A stretch of 64,000 nt of DNA from positions 53,871 to 117,870 of the forward strand of contig JBAYTR010000005.1 of assembly GCA_041675505.1 (NCBI GenBank), read 5' to 3'. The notes under the pieces are model-generated. The model was given only the letters and a program-made list of their open reading frames with translations. It was not told the origin of the DNA and did no database searches. The stretch comes from Bacteroidia bacterium (lineage in GTDB: Bacteria > Bacteroidota > Bacteroidia > UKL13-3). Shown here piece after piece: positions 1-12,239 of this stretch (positions are counted from its first letter, which is position 1; every line of letters begins with the position of its first letter). Both the position numbers and the translations under genes were made by a program.

Positions 1-1
1 C

Positions 2-2113
2 ATGAGGCCACAACTTTTGGTAACTACCAACAGCGATACCACTTTATGCAAAGGGCAGACACCAACCATCACCCTGCACACCACCGCCACCGGAGGCGAT
101 AGCAACAACTACCGCTTCCTATGGAAAGATGCTGCGGGTAATGTATTGTCTGCATTGTCTCCTCAAGATACTTTACAAGCAGCTACAGACAGCACCCGCA
201 CCTACATAGTTTACTTAACAGACGGCTGCACCATGTTACCCGATACAGCAAACAGCGCACAGGTAACCGTAACCATACGCCCTCCGTTACAACTCAGCAT
301 ACAGCCCGATACACTAGTTTGTATAGGCAGTCCTGTAACATTAACCGCACAACTTTCAGGTGGTAAAGGTGTCGGGCATTATACCATTCAGTGGTTCATC
401 TTACCTGATACTACTACCGTTAAGCATACAGGCAATACTTACACCGTTACGGTAAACAACAACCAACAGTACCAGGCTAAACTAACCGATGGCTGCACCG
501 CCACACCCGCTTGGAGCAACAGCATTACTGTGAGTACGTTTAGCAAAATACAACTGCAACCCCGCACAGATACTACTATCAACAAAGGGCAGTCGGTTAA
601 CCTTACTGCACAAGCCACAGGAGGGCAGGGCAGTGCATACACCTTTACGTGGTATAAACTCCCTGATACCAGCACTGCCATAGGCACCACCAATCCGCTA
701 ACAGCACTACCTGTACAACCCGATAGCACCACTACCTACCGCGTAATAGCTACCGATGGTTGTGCAGCCAACAGCGATACAGCACAAGTAGTGATAACCG
801 TAAGGCAACAACTCATCATAACTCACCAGGCAAACGCAGATACAGCGGCCCACACAGACACCACCATTTGTACCGGCCAAAGTGTAACCTATACGCTATT
901 GGCCAATTACCCCTCAGCCGGGCAGCAGTTCACTTGGAACCAAGGGCAGGGCACAGGTAGCACCAAAACACTTACTCCCACTACTACCACCACCTACCGC
1001 GTAATACTGAGCGATAACCAAAGCACACCCGATACAGTGTACATTACCGTAAATGTTCGTGCACCTTTACAACTGCACAACCTGCATGACACTACTATTT
1101 GCGAAGGGCAGAGCGTAACATTTAATACCTTTGCCACAGGTGGCAGCAGTAACTATTCCTTTTTGTGGGATGATAACAGCAACACCTCCAGTAAAACCTT
1201 TACCATTACCACCACAGCCATCAACGCCACGCTTACTGTAAGTGATAATTGCAGCAACCCGCAAAGCAAAAGCATCACCATTACCCCTGAACTAAATCCG
1301 AAAGTTAGTCTCACCGCCACACCCACACAAGGCTGTCCGCCATTGAACACCACCATTACCAATACCCAAAACAACAGCGGCACCTACACCCAAGACTGGG
1401 ATTTTGCCGATGGCAGCAACACACAAACCGCAACCACCAACAATGATAACAATAGCATTAGCCACAGCTATACACTTACAGCAATCTACCAACCCACACT
1501 CACCCTTACCAGCAGCAGAGGATGTAAAAGCAGTGCCGTTCTTGCCACACCCATTACCTTATTTGAAAAACCCGAAGCCAAGTTTACCCTGAGCAGAGAC
1601 ACCACCTGGATTACCTTACCTCAAATACAACTCACCAATCAAAGCAGCAAAGCCGATAGTTTTTTCTGGCACTTCAGTCGCCTCATTAACGATACCATCA
1701 CCACCAAAACAAGTAACGCCACCTTCCATCGCAACTTTACGGATAGCGGTATATACACCATATCCCTCACCGCAAAAAACAGCGCTTGTGCCGATAGTAC
1801 ACAACAAAAATTAGTAGTACTGATGGATTATGATGTGTGGATACCCAATGCTTTTAGTCCGGGTACCAAAGACAATTTAAACCCCACCTTTGCCCCTGTA
1901 GGAGTTGGAATAAGCAGGTACAAAATGATAATCTACAACCGCTGGGGGCAACTGGTATTTGAATCAAAAGGCACACAAGACAGTTGGAACGGTTGCTTAG
2001 ATAACAACCCCGACAAACCCTTGCCCGAGGGAGTATATGTGTGGTACATAGAAATATTTAACTACCACAACAGCGGCAACATAAAAGGCGGCATGGTGCA
2101 TTTGGTGAGGTAA
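2..2113 (+). CDS. T9SS type-B C-terminal-domain (gliding-motility-associated CHU_C-like) surface protein, 5'-truncated at the window edge. It carries about six tandem ~85-aa Ig-like repeats with the pattern 'TIC.GQSV...TGG.S.Y.F.W'
   Basis: The ORF runs from the window edge. Repeated Cys/Gly-Gln modules are visible. The C-terminus 'WIPNAFSPG..NLNPTFAP..IYNRWGQLVFES' matches the type-B T9SS sorting domain, and the same tail occurs in the 1760-aa protein at 12951. Confidence 0.7.
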   Translation: MRPQLLVTTNSDTTLCKGQTPTITLHTTATGGDSNNYRFLWKDAAGNVLSALSPQDTLQAATDSTRTYIVYLTDGCTMLPDTANSAQVTVTIRPPLQLSIQPDTLVCIGSPVTLTAQLSGGKGVGHYTIQWFILPDTTTVKHTGNTYTVTVNNNQQYQAKLTDGCTATPAWSNSITVSTFSKIQLQPRTDTTINKGQSVNLTAQATGGQGSAYTFTWYKLPDTSTAIGTTNPLTALPVQPDSTTTYRVIATDGCAANSDTAQVVITVRQQLIITHQANADTAAHTDTTICTGQSVTYTLLANYPSAGQQFTWNQGQGTGSTKTLTPTTTTTYRVILSDNQSTPDTVYITVNVRAPLQLHNLHDTTICEGQSVTFNTFATGGSSNYSFLWDDNSNTSSKTFTITTTAINATLTVSDNCSNPQSKSITITPELNPKVSLTATPTQGCPPLNTTITNTQNNSGTYTQDWDFADGSNTQTATTNNDNNSISHSYTLTAIYQPTLTLTSSRGCKSSAVLATPITLFEKPEAKFTLSRDTTWITLPQIQLTNQSSKADSFFWHFSRLINDTITTKTSNATFHRNFTDSGIYTISLTAKNSACADSTQQKLVVLMDYDVWIPNAFSPGTKDNLNPTFAPVGVGISRYKMIIYNRWGQLVFESKGTQDSWNGCLDNNPDKPLPEGVYVWYIEIFNYHNSGNIKGGMVHLVR

Positions 2114-2239
2114 TTCGCCTTCAACATCTACAAACACACCGTCATCGCGAGTCATGTACTCATGGCGTGGCGATCTCCAAATTGGACCACATGTGCTCTA
2201 CCCAACGCGAGTGGTGATAGCCCCTCGGCACGGAAGACA

Positions 2240-2291
2240 AACCCAAACCCCTGACAGGGCTGTATACTTCCGCATACAGCCCTGTCAGGGG
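2240..2291 (-). terminator. Rho-independent terminator downstream of gyrB. Perfect 18-bp stem 'cccctgacagggctgtat'/'atacagccctgtcagggg' (2248-2265 / 2274-2291) with an 8-nt loop, followed on the minus strand by 'GGGGTTTGGGTTTG'
   Basis: The inverted repeat is read directly in the sequence. It sits about 70 bp 3' of the gyrB stop, and a T-rich tract follows on the gyrB strand. Confidence 0.7.
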
Positions 2292-2359
2292 TGATAGTCT
2301 AAAACAAAAAAGGAGAACCGTTTAACGATTCTCCTTTCAGTTATGATTGAGTTGTTAAC

Positions 2360-4339
<1,980 letters not shown>

Positions 4340-4541
4340 TTACTGATTGATGCGGTAAAGATAGTTTATATCGCCCGAAATGCCTGATTTTAGTGGCCCT
4401 GAAACATGTTTAGTTATCCACAAAAAGCGATTATTTTGTGAGTTTTAAATATGTGATTTTTTTGGAGAAGAAGCAGGTTATAATTCAGTAGGTAAAATGG
4501 TGCGAGAATTATTCTTATTACATACCTTATTCAGCTTATTT

Positions 4542-5564
4542 TCAGAAAATTGGATCGTTCAATATTTCAGCAGCTACCTTGATAACCCCTGTACTGAGTT
4601 TATTGTAATTTTTCAACTCTTCTTCTGCATAGTGATGTAAAGGTTTTAACTGGTCGGCTGTGAAGATACCTGTGGCCTCAATAAGCTTTTGGGCAACATT
4701 GTATTGGGGCAGCATTTTACCATCATCAATCTTGATGGCTACCCCGATTTTTTCTTTAAGGAAAGAGAGGCAATACACACCCTCAGCTCCTGTTTTTCCT
4801 ACAATGCGCTCTCCGCATATGGCCATCATATCAGTGCAGTAACGCTGACTGCCACCCACCATGAAAGGATAGGTACTTATAGCTTTAATCACTGTTTCGC
4901 AGGCTTTTTTACGCTTGTCGCTGAATTTGGAAGGGTTAGCCAGATTTTTATAAGCAATAGCCTGGTTGATTACCGGAATAGAAAAAATAGGAGCAGAGCA
5001 GCCGTCTAAACCAACTTTCATTTTGCTGAAAGGGTATTCATACATTTCCTCCACTACCTCAATAATGGCTTTTTGAAGCGGGTGTTCCGGGTGGTTGTAA
5101 GTTGCCAAATCGGCATTCATAAATTGGGTCATGGCTAAAAAACCCGCGTGTTTACCTGAGCAGTTGTTGTGAATATGCTCAGGCGATTGGTTGTTGCGGT
5201 ACAACTCCTGCACGTCCTTTTTCAAAGTAGGTAACTGCGGACCGCAGCGCAGGTAACTTTTATCTAAACCTGTTTTTTGCAAGATGGAAGAGGCCACCCG
5301 CACGTGTTCCGGTTCACCGTTGTGCGAGCCACACATTAAAGCAATCTCTTCAAGTGTAAAGCCGTAATGTTCAGCCGCGCCTGACTCCAGCAATGGAAGT
5401 ACCTGAAAGAATTTGAGTGCTGAACGCGGGTAACAAATCTGTTCTACGTTTCCGGCTGAGTATAAAATTTCGCCTTTATCGTTTACTACACAAATTACCC
5501 CGCGGTGAAAACTTTCAAGTTCTCCTCCGCGGTATACTTCTACCAAAATCGGATTAGCCTGCAT
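4542..5564 (-). CDS. L-asparaginase II family protein (PF06089-like, Rhizobium-type thermolabile asparaginase)
   Basis: The 340-aa protein contains 'YPRSALKFFQ' and 'SGKHAGFLA' motifs that I recall from the Asparaginase_II family. There is no 'TGGTIAG' motif of the classical type I/II enzymes. Confidence 0.5.
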   Translation of the reverse strand: MQANPILVEVYRGGELESFHRGVICVVNDKGEILYSAGNVEQICYPRSALKFFQVLPLLESGAAEHYGFTLEEIALMCGSHNGEPEHVRVASSILQKTGLDKSYLRCGPQLPTLKKDVQELYRNNQSPEHIHNNCSGKHAGFLAMTQFMNADLATYNHPEHPLQKAIIEVVEEMYEYPFSKMKVGLDGCSAPIFSIPVINQAIAYKNLANPSKFSDKRKKACETVIKAISTYPFMVGGSQRYCTDMMAICGERIVGKTGAEGVYCLSFLKEKIGVAIKIDDGKMLPQYNVAQKLIEATGIFTADQLKPLHHYAEEELKNYNKLSTGVIKVAAEILNDPIF

Positions 5565-5705
5565 GCTGTTTGATTCTTATTAGAGGGTCGCAAAGTTCAG
5601 GGTTTGAAAGTAAAAAGCAAATGAATTAAATGAACAGGATGCGCATATTTCTTCACCGTTTTTTTGTTTTTTGTCCAGGAGAATATACCTTGTAAAAAAA
5701 AGAAG

Positions 5706-6581
5706 ATGAAAATGTTTAACCTTTTACCCGGCATTTGTTTTCTGATGGGGTTGTTATTGCTGAGGACAACCAATTTGTATGCACAGGATTTAATTATTCT
5801 CAAAGAAAAACACGATACGCTTAAGGTCAAAGTAACAGAGGTGGGAGTGGATGAGGTAAAATACAAACTCTGGCCTGTGAATGAAAAAGATCCGGTGATA
5901 GTTTTGGAAAAAAAACGTATTCGTAAAGTGATTCTTGAAAGCGGTACAACTCTGAATTTTTTTCTTGATGACATAGATGATCCTAAGAATTATGTCGGGC
6001 AAAGGAAGCATTTGTTGAAGATGGATATTATTTCACCAACCTTAGGGGTGTCTTCTTTTGCCTATGAAAAAAGCATTAAACCAGGAAGAAGCTATGAAAT
6101 AGGATTAGGCTTGGTGGGCTTGGGGTTTAATGCTCCGGAGAATGATATCGCAGGTGCTTTTTTACGTGTTGGATATAAGTTTATCAATACACCAGATGTT
6201 ACTAACCGTGGCATGAGGTTTAGTCATTTACTTAAAGGTGGCTATGTACGTCCGGAACTTATTTTTATTAATTACACTTTCAGAAGTATCAACAGCCCTT
6301 CCACAGTACCTGTTTCAACGTATCGTACAACCGGAGGAGCATTCATTATTAATTTCGGAAAGCAATATGTGTTTAGCAACATCATTGCAGTTGATATATT
6401 TGCGGGGCTCGGTGTTGGTTCACAAAACAAAATTTTAACCTCCGGACCCGGAGATGCTTGGGATTTATTTCCTACTGGAGTTGGCTTTCTATCAGGGGAG
6501 GACGGAGAAATAACTCCGGCATTTCAATGTGGACTTAAAATGGGGGTATTACTAGGAGGTAAGAATAAAGAGAAAAAGTAG
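5706..6581 (+). CDS. Secreted paralog 1 of a four-member family: signal peptide, 'AQD' cleavage site, K-rich N-domain, and a C-terminal putative small outer-membrane beta-barrel
   Basis: The start is taken at internal 'MKMFNLLPGICFLMGLLLL'. Shared motifs with the ORFs at 7320, 8280 and 9234 include 'K..V.V.EV...V.YK.WPV', 'ESGT' and glycine-rich amphipathic C-terminal strands. Confidence 0.6.
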   Translation: MKMFNLLPGICFLMGLLLLRTTNLYAQDLIILKEKHDTLKVKVTEVGVDEVKYKLWPVNEKDPVIVLEKKRIRKVILESGTTLNFFLDDIDDPKNYVGQRKHLLKMDIISPTLGVSSFAYEKSIKPGRSYEIGLGLVGLGFNAPENDIAGAFLRVGYKFINTPDVTNRGMRFSHLLKGGYVRPELIFINYTFRSINSPSTVPVSTYRTTGGAFIINFGKQYVFSNIIAVDIFAGLGVGSQNKILTSGPGDAWDLFPTGVGFLSGEDGEITPAFQCGLKMGVLLGGKNKEKK

Positions 6582-6604
6582 AAATTATATTCTCCAAGGT
6601 TTTA

Positions 6605-7222
6605 CTACAGAATAACTTCCCCCTTGCCTTCACGTACTAACAGCGGTTCGTCTCCGCTGCAATCAATTACTGTTGAGGGAACAATTCCACCCAAACCTCC
6701 GTCAATAACTGCCGCTACCATATGTCCGAATTTTTCTTCCATCTCTTCGGGTTCAATCAGGTAATCTTCAAATGAATCAGTGCCGTGTAAGGAAGTAGCT
6801 ACCAAAGGATGACCAAATTGTTCTAACAGGGATTGTACTATTGGATTATCAGGCACACGAATACCAATTTCTTTTTTGCGGGAGTTCTTAAAAATTTTGG
6901 GAACGTTGCTGTTGGCCTTAAAAATGAAAGTATAGGGGCCGGGCAAACTCTGGTTCACCAAACGGTAAACGTTGCGTTCAAAATGAGCCGTGTATTCTGA
7001 CAGGTTTTTAAGGTCTTTGCATAACAGCGAGAAATTTGCCTTTTCTGATTTGATACCTTTTATACGGCAAATTTGCTCAATGGCTTTGAGGTTATGCGCA
7101 TCGCAGGCAAAAGCATATACGGTATCAGTAGGAATAATAATCACCCCGTCTTGTTTTAATAACTCAATCACCCGTGATAGTTCACGTGGCTGAGGATTAT
7201 CGGGGTGAAGAGTGATAAGCAT
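6605..7222 (-). CDS. tsaC: L-threonylcarbamoyladenylate synthase (YrdC/Sua5 short form)
   Basis: The 205-aa protein has 'VIIIPTDTVYAFACDA', 'IFKNSRKKEIGIRVPDNPI' and 'PSTVIDCSG', which are characteristic of the YrdC/Sua5 domain. Confidence 0.8.
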   Translation of the reverse strand: MLITLHPDNPQPRELSRVIELLKQDGVIIIPTDTVYAFACDAHNLKAIEQICRIKGIKSEKANFSLLCKDLKNLSEYTAHFERNVYRLVNQSLPGPYTFIFKANSNVPKIFKNSRKKEIGIRVPDNPIVQSLLEQFGHPLVATSLHGTDSFEDYLIEPEEMEEKFGHMVAAVIDGGLGGIVPSTVIDCSGDEPLLVREGKGEVIL

Positions 7223-7319
7223 GGAGCAAAGATAAGCAGTATAGGTATTACATACTTAACAAGAGTAGGTGGATGTGAGAAATGAATCGAATTTCTGTTA
7301 TATTGCTTATCATTTTACT

Positions 7320-8279
7320 ATGAGAATTGCAGTAACCTTGATTTTTATTTCCTTTATCTCTGCTTTACAGGCGCAGGATTCTGTATATGTAAGCGGGAAG
7401 AAGCAGCCCTTGGTATGTTATGTAAGTCGCATAACTAAAAATATAGTTGTAGTAAAACCGGATACGTTACACAACAGTAAAGCAGATACACTTTCTACAG
7501 GGTACATTACTAAAGTAGTTTTAAAAGGAGGAGTGGAAGTCTTTTTCAAAAAGCCGGTTGCGTTTTATTCTAATGACACCTTAATGATCAGGTCCAATTC
7601 AAGCACACTGAAAATGGATGTTCCCTTTTGTATACCCAATAGACTATCCCTCTCTTTTGAAACGATGGCAGGTAAAGCCTCATCAATAGAAATAAGTGCA
7701 GGTTGGGTAAATACAAACCTAAGTATTATGAGAATAAATGACGATGATAATTACAGTGAAATCAAGAGCGATTACACCCATGGCTTTTATGGTACTATCG
7801 GATATAAAATACTGCTTTCGGCTATCAATAGAAGTCCGAGTCCTTCCTATTGGCACAAGCTCACGGGGGCTTATCTACGTCCTGAAATAAATTTTTCTAT
7901 GCTTAACATTACCCGGTACGGTGAATATGAAGAGGAACAAATTGTTTTTGGCCCAACCTGGGAAGACTATACCGAGAAATTCAAACAAAAAAGTATAGCA
8001 CTTTCCTTTAACTATGGCTATCAATCTGTCGAAAGAAATAGATTAGTCTTTGATATATATGTGGGGGCAGGAGTTTCCTGGGCATCTAATCAAATGATCA
8101 GCACAACGTTTCCACCACCGTTATTTGTAATTTCCCACAGGTATTTGAACAGGTCTCCGGTAGATATGTTTTCATACATCACGTTAAAGAATGCTGACAT
8201 TAGTCCGATGCTTCAATTTGGAGTTAAGTGTGGACTTGCATTAGGTAGGAAAAAGAGCATTTCAGTTAATTCGAGATAA
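7320..8279 (+). CDS. Secreted paralog 2 (same family as 5706..6581)
   Basis: Signal peptide 'MRIAVTLIFISFISALQAQD'. Conserved 'YVSRITKNIVVVKPDT' and 'VVLKGG' in the N-domain. The C-terminus is 'GVKCGLALGRKK'. Confidence 0.6.
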   Translation: MRIAVTLIFISFISALQAQDSVYVSGKKQPLVCYVSRITKNIVVVKPDTLHNSKADTLSTGYITKVVLKGGVEVFFKKPVAFYSNDTLMIRSNSSTLKMDVPFCIPNRLSLSFETMAGKASSIEISAGWVNTNLSIMRINDDDNYSEIKSDYTHGFYGTIGYKILLSAINRSPSPSYWHKLTGAYLRPEINFSMLNITRYGEYEEEQIVFGPTWEDYTEKFKQKSIALSFNYGYQSVERNRLVFDIYVGAGVSWASNQMISTTFPPPLFVISHRYLNRSPVDMFSYITLKNADISPMLQFGVKCGLALGRKKSISVNSR

Positions 8280-9227
8280 ATGGAAAGCCGTACATATATA
8301 AGAAACATATTTTTTCATTTGTTATGCCTTGCTTGCATGTTTTTCCCGCTGGCCTTATCAGCTCAGGATACCCTATATTATGACAGTGGCAAAAAACTGC
8401 CTGTAAAGGTGATATTAGTTAATCTGGATAAGGTTGTTTACAAAAAATGGCCTGTTGATACTCTTGCTCCTTTGTATAGTGTTCCTAGGTTTTACCTGAG
8501 GAGAATTTATTTTGAGAGCGGCACCATGCTGGTGAACACGTTTACCCGATATAAGCCTAATCAGGAAGGCAGACCGTTGAATAAAGCCGGCAGGTCTGCG
8601 AAAAACAGAACAATACTGAAAACGGATGTGATGTCATGGTTTTCCTACAGAGGGTCGTTTTCGATAGAAGAGCGTATAGTAGAAAAACTTAGCTTAGAGT
8701 TTACGTATGGACTTGCGGGTGGAGGCTTTGCGGAGTCATCTTTTAAAGAACAAGGAGTTAAAGGTGATTTTTATAAAGGTGGATTAAAATTCACGTTTTC
8801 AAGAAGACACCCGCAGGAAGGATTCTACATTAAACCGGAATATGTTTACCTGAACTACACACATTCCCAACAGGGGAGGTCAATATATATTGTTGAAAGA
8901 ATTTCAAGTAACATTCTGCGATTAGACGAGTTTTATTTTGTGGCCACTAATAGAGTAACAGGTAAGGCGGGTATCATCAACTTTGGTTGGCAGCAAATGC
9001 TTACACGTCATCTTGTTTGTGATTTGTATCTTGGAGTTGGTATCGGAAGAAAAGATAAAAAGTTGGAACCTATGGAGAAACCCTATAGAGACGCAGATGA
9101 GATTTTTTTCTCGTTAGAAGATCCCGACAAAGAATTGATGGAAAATAACATTGGTTTTATGTCAGAGTACATGAATAAAAGTTCTGCCGTTATGCAGGGC
9201 GGTATAAAAATTGGAATTATCTTTTAG
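8280..9227 (+). CDS. Secreted paralog 3. Its C-terminal '...GGIKIGIIF' is a typical OMP beta-barrel terminal-Phe signature
   Basis: Signal peptide plus 'AQDTLYYDSGKKLPVKVILVNLDKVVYKKWPV'. It starts at the base immediately after the paralog-2 stop. Confidence 0.6.
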   Translation: MESRTYIRNIFFHLLCLACMFFPLALSAQDTLYYDSGKKLPVKVILVNLDKVVYKKWPVDTLAPLYSVPRFYLRRIYFESGTMLVNTFTRYKPNQEGRPLNKAGRSAKNRTILKTDVMSWFSYRGSFSIEERIVEKLSLEFTYGLAGGGFAESSFKEQGVKGDFYKGGLKFTFSRRHPQEGFYIKPEYVYLNYTHSQQGRSIYIVERISSNILRLDEFYFVATNRVTGKAGIINFGWQQMLTRHLVCDLYLGVGIGRKDKKLEPMEKPYRDADEIFFSLEDPDKELMENNIGFMSEYMNKSSAVMQGGIKIGIIF

Positions 9228-9233
9228 TGAGGA

Positions 9234-10181
9234 ATGAAAAAGTCAATCTGTTTTTTTATTGGCTTAATGTTGTTTCTTTTTCACGCCAATGTCAATGCAC
9301 AAGATACGCTCGTATACAGGAGAACCGGGCAGGTTGTCTTGGTAAAAGTCATTGAAATCAGTCCGTCTTTCATTTATTATAAGATTTGGCCTGTTCATGA
9401 TTCAGCAGCAATACAATCAGTGAAAAAAATGCGCTTGCAAAGTGTGCGCTTGCTTAATGGAGAGCGGTTGATATTTGTTTCAGCAACCAAAGTGTCGCTA
9501 GAAGCATTTACAGAACAACGAAGAATATTGATTAAAACAGAGCCAATGTTAAGCATGAGGAAATCAAGTTCTTTGTGGCTTGAATACGCATTTCATCCCA
9601 AGGTGGCTGCACAGGTAGGTTATGGGATGATTGGAACAGGTTGGGCTGCACTACAAACGGGTACTGAGAAGTTGCAAGGAAATGAATGGTCTGCCGGAGT
9701 AAAGTTTTATTTGCTGAATGTGGCATTTATGTCTCCTGAAAAGAGAAAGTTGCTTCAAGGGTTTTATCTGGCACCTGAATTCAATATGATTTCATACACG
9801 AGTCAGGCTGATTTCAAATGGCAGGTTGATACCAACGGAGTAATGGCTGCTGAAGGGGTTAGTAGCACTATCTACCAATCAAAAGGTTGGAACCTGAGTT
9901 GCTTGTTTGGTTACCAAAGGATATTTGATTTCGGTTTGTCACTTGAAGTAAATATATCAGCCGGAATAGGGAAACGAACAGAGGTAATTATTAAGGACGG
10001 GATGAATGATATTCCGCACATTCCGCTTCCCAACGGTGGATACAGAGGTTTATACAACATACCACTCAATGATGATTTTGTTGATTATGGCTATAGTGCT
10101 CCGGAGAGGGGTGTTGGCCTTACATTGCATTCCAGACTAAAAGTGGGATATCTTATTGGGCCAAGATGGAAGAAGAAGTAA
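9234..10181 (+). CDS. Secreted paralog 4
   Basis: Signal peptide plus 'AQDTLVYRRTGQVVLVKVIEISPSFIYYKIWPV'. The C-terminus is 'LKVGYLIGPRWKKK'. Confidence 0.6.
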   Translation: MKKSICFFIGLMLFLFHANVNAQDTLVYRRTGQVVLVKVIEISPSFIYYKIWPVHDSAAIQSVKKMRLQSVRLLNGERLIFVSATKVSLEAFTEQRRILIKTEPMLSMRKSSSLWLEYAFHPKVAAQVGYGMIGTGWAALQTGTEKLQGNEWSAGVKFYLLNVAFMSPEKRKLLQGFYLAPEFNMISYTSQADFKWQVDTNGVMAAEGVSSTIYQSKGWNLSCLFGYQRIFDFGLSLEVNISAGIGKRTEVIIKDGMNDIPHIPLPNGGYRGLYNIPLNDDFVDYGYSAPERGVGLTLHSRLKVGYLIGPRWKKK

Positions 10182-10289
10182 GAACTTTTTTAGAGGTGAC
10201 AGTCTTTTATGAAAACTCCTTGTTGGGCACTCCACCAAAGACTTTTTCAGCATAAACATCAATGGGAATATTAGTTACCCCGTTTTGTT

Positions 10290-10895
10290 TTATCTGGGTA
10301 CACCGGGCACAGTGCGTAGAATAAGCTCAGTTGGTGTATATCGCTCCGAACCAAAAAATGGGATATGAGATATTCCTCCATCTAATCTACACCCATTGGA
10401 ATGTTTACATTTTTTATGACTTAATGAAAGGGGGAATTTCATATAGTAAACATTTGGGGGTGTATTAAATTTTAGAGGGCTGTAGTAAAGTTCCAACTTG
10501 ATAATGTGCTGCTTCTTTTTTATAATAGTACAGGACTCTCCAGATTCATATACATCAATTTCTTTGATAAGGTTAAGCGGAGTCTCTATATTTGTTATTT
10601 CAGATTCTCTAACAGATGCTATTACAGTGCTGAACCTTCCAGAATCACTTTGAGGTATTACTACAATGAAAGTATCTTTGAGGTAAGGTCTTTTTTGAAA
10701 GGAAATAATTATACTCTCACATGAATCTTCTGATAGGTAATCTGTTTTAACCTTTGCTTCAAATATATAGTGCGGGCTGCTATCCGAAGTATTAAGTTTA
10801 ATAATGTGGCTAGAGTTTAATATTGAATCTTGAGCAAAAGCACTTTGAGTTTGATTAATGAAGCATAATATAAACATTAGAAATATACGTCTCAT
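10290..10895 (-). CDS. Hypothetical secreted protein in an AT-rich islet
   Basis: The start is taken at 'MRRIFLMFILCFINQTQSAFAQD' (signal peptide). AT content is much higher than in the neighbouring genes, and there are no recognisable motifs. The 3' ~100 nt may be read-through of non-coding DNA. Confidence 0.4.
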   Translation of the reverse strand: MRRIFLMFILCFINQTQSAFAQDSILNSSHIIKLNTSDSSPHYIFEAKVKTDYLSEDSCESIIISFQKRPYLKDTFIVVIPQSDSGRFSTVIASVRESEITNIETPLNLIKEIDVYESGESCTIIKKKQHIIKLELYYSPLKFNTPPNVYYMKFPLSLSHKKCKHSNGCRLDGGISHIPFFGSERYTPTELILRTVPGVPR

Positions 10896-10959
10896 GTAGC
10901 AAATATAACAAAAAAAGCCGCCCATATAATGAGCGGCTTTCTGGAAGTATCTTAAAGTA

Positions 10960-12171
10960 TTAAGCCAATACCTGTTTTACCAGTTCAGCGGCTTCTTTCA
11001 ATTCGATAGCTGAGAATACTTTTAATCCTGATTCATCAATCAGTTTCTTGGCTTCAGCAGCGTTGGTTCCTTGCAAGCGAACAATAATCGGAACGGGAAT
11101 GTTGCCGATGTTTTTGTAAGCATCTACCACACCTTGTGCAACACGGTCGCAACGTACAATACCACCAAAGATGTTAATGAGAATAGCTTTTACGTTAGGG
11201 TCCTGCAAAATGATACGGAAACCTGCTTCAACGGTAGTGGCGTTTGCCCCTCCGCCTACATCAAGGAAGTTGGCCGGTTCGCCACCGGAAATTTTAATGA
11301 TGTCCATGGTAGCCATAGCCAAACCTGCACCGTTTACCATACAACCTACGTTGCCATCCAGCTTCACGTAGTTGAGGTTAAATTTACCGGCTTCTACTTC
11401 TGTAGGATCTTCTTCAGAGGTGTCTCGTAAATCAGCATAGTCTTTATGACGGTACAACGCGTTATCATCCAGAGATACTTTCGCATCTACGGCAATAATT
11501 TTATCGTCAGCTGTTTTTAACACCGGGTTAATTTCAAACATGGCTGAATCTGTTTGCTCATACGCTTTGTATAAAGCAGCAACAAATTTTACCATTTGTT
11601 TGTTGGCTTCCCCTTCCAGCCCCAAGTTGTAGGCAATTTTACGTGCCTGAAAACCTTGAAGTCCCACACGTGGATCAACGTGTTCTTTTTGGATGAGGTG
11701 AGGAGTGGTTTCTGCCACGTGCTCAATATCCATTCCGCCTTCAGTAGAGTAAACGATAATGTTTTTGGCGGTGGTACGGTCGAGCATTACACTCATGTAA
11801 AATTCTTTGGTAGGGTTGGGGCCCGGGTAATAAACATCCTGAGCAATTAATACCTTGCTCACCAGTTTACCTTTTGGTCCGGTTTGAATGGTTACCAAAG
11901 TCCCCCCCAGAATATTGCCGGCAATTTCCTTTGCCTTATCCGCATTCTTAGCTACGGCCACACCGCGCTGGTCCTTGCCTTCGATAGTGCCTTTGCCACG
12001 ACCACCTGCGTGAATCTGGGCTTTTACCACAACGAAATCGCTGCCAAACTGTTCTTTCAGTTTTAATGCAGCATCATAAGCCTGATCAGGAGTTTCGGCA
12101 ACATGGCCTTCCTGAATGGCTACTCCAAACGATTTTAAAATCAATTTGGCCTGATATTCATGTAAATTCAT
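10960..12171 (-). CDS. sucC: Succinate--CoA ligase (ADP-forming) beta subunit
   Basis: '[17 protein letters not shown]' is the canonical SucC N-terminus. The ATP-grasp fold and the C-terminal CoA-ligase region '[15 protein letters not shown]' are present. The start was moved to the internal Met. Confidence 0.9.
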   Translation of the reverse strand: MNLHEYQAKLILKSFGVAIQEGHVAETPDQAYDAALKLKEQFGSDFVVVKAQIHAGGRGKGTIEGKDQRGVAVAKNADKAKEIAGNILGGTLVTIQTGPKGKLVSKVLIAQDVYYPGPNPTKEFYMSVMLDRTTAKNIIVYSTEGGMDIEHVAETTPHLIQKEHVDPRVGLQGFQARKIAYNLGLEGEANKQMVKFVAALYKAYEQTDSAMFEINPVLKTADDKIIAVDAKVSLDDNALYRHKDYADLRDTSEEDPTEVEAGKFNLNYVKLDGNVGCMVNGAGLAMATMDIIKISGGEPANFLDVGGGANATTVEAGFRIILQDPNVKAILINIFGGIVRCDRVAQGVVDAYKNIGNIPVPIIVRLQGTNAAEAKKLIDESGLKVFSAIELKEAAELVKQVLA

Positions 12172-12239
12172 TTTCTGTGAAGTTTGGCGCAAAAATAATC
12201 CTATAAGGGGCAATTACAAATTTCACTACCTTCGATGCG

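Noticed and set aside
439-1592. Several 60-97 aa ORFs antisense to, or in alternate frames of, the T9SS surface protein gene
   Set aside because: They are embedded in a long, repeat-rich coding region on the other strand. They are typical shadow ORFs.
2113-2240. Possible ncRNA in the 250-bp spacer before the gyrB terminator
   Set aside because: No recognisable RNA-family motifs (tmRNA, RNase P, SRP, 6S) are present. It contains only the terminator hairpin.
10300-10340. tRNA-like D-arm motif 'agctcagttggt'
   Set aside because: There is no anticodon stem, no T-loop (GTTCGAATC-like) and no acceptor stem complementarity. It lies within the tail of an ORF.
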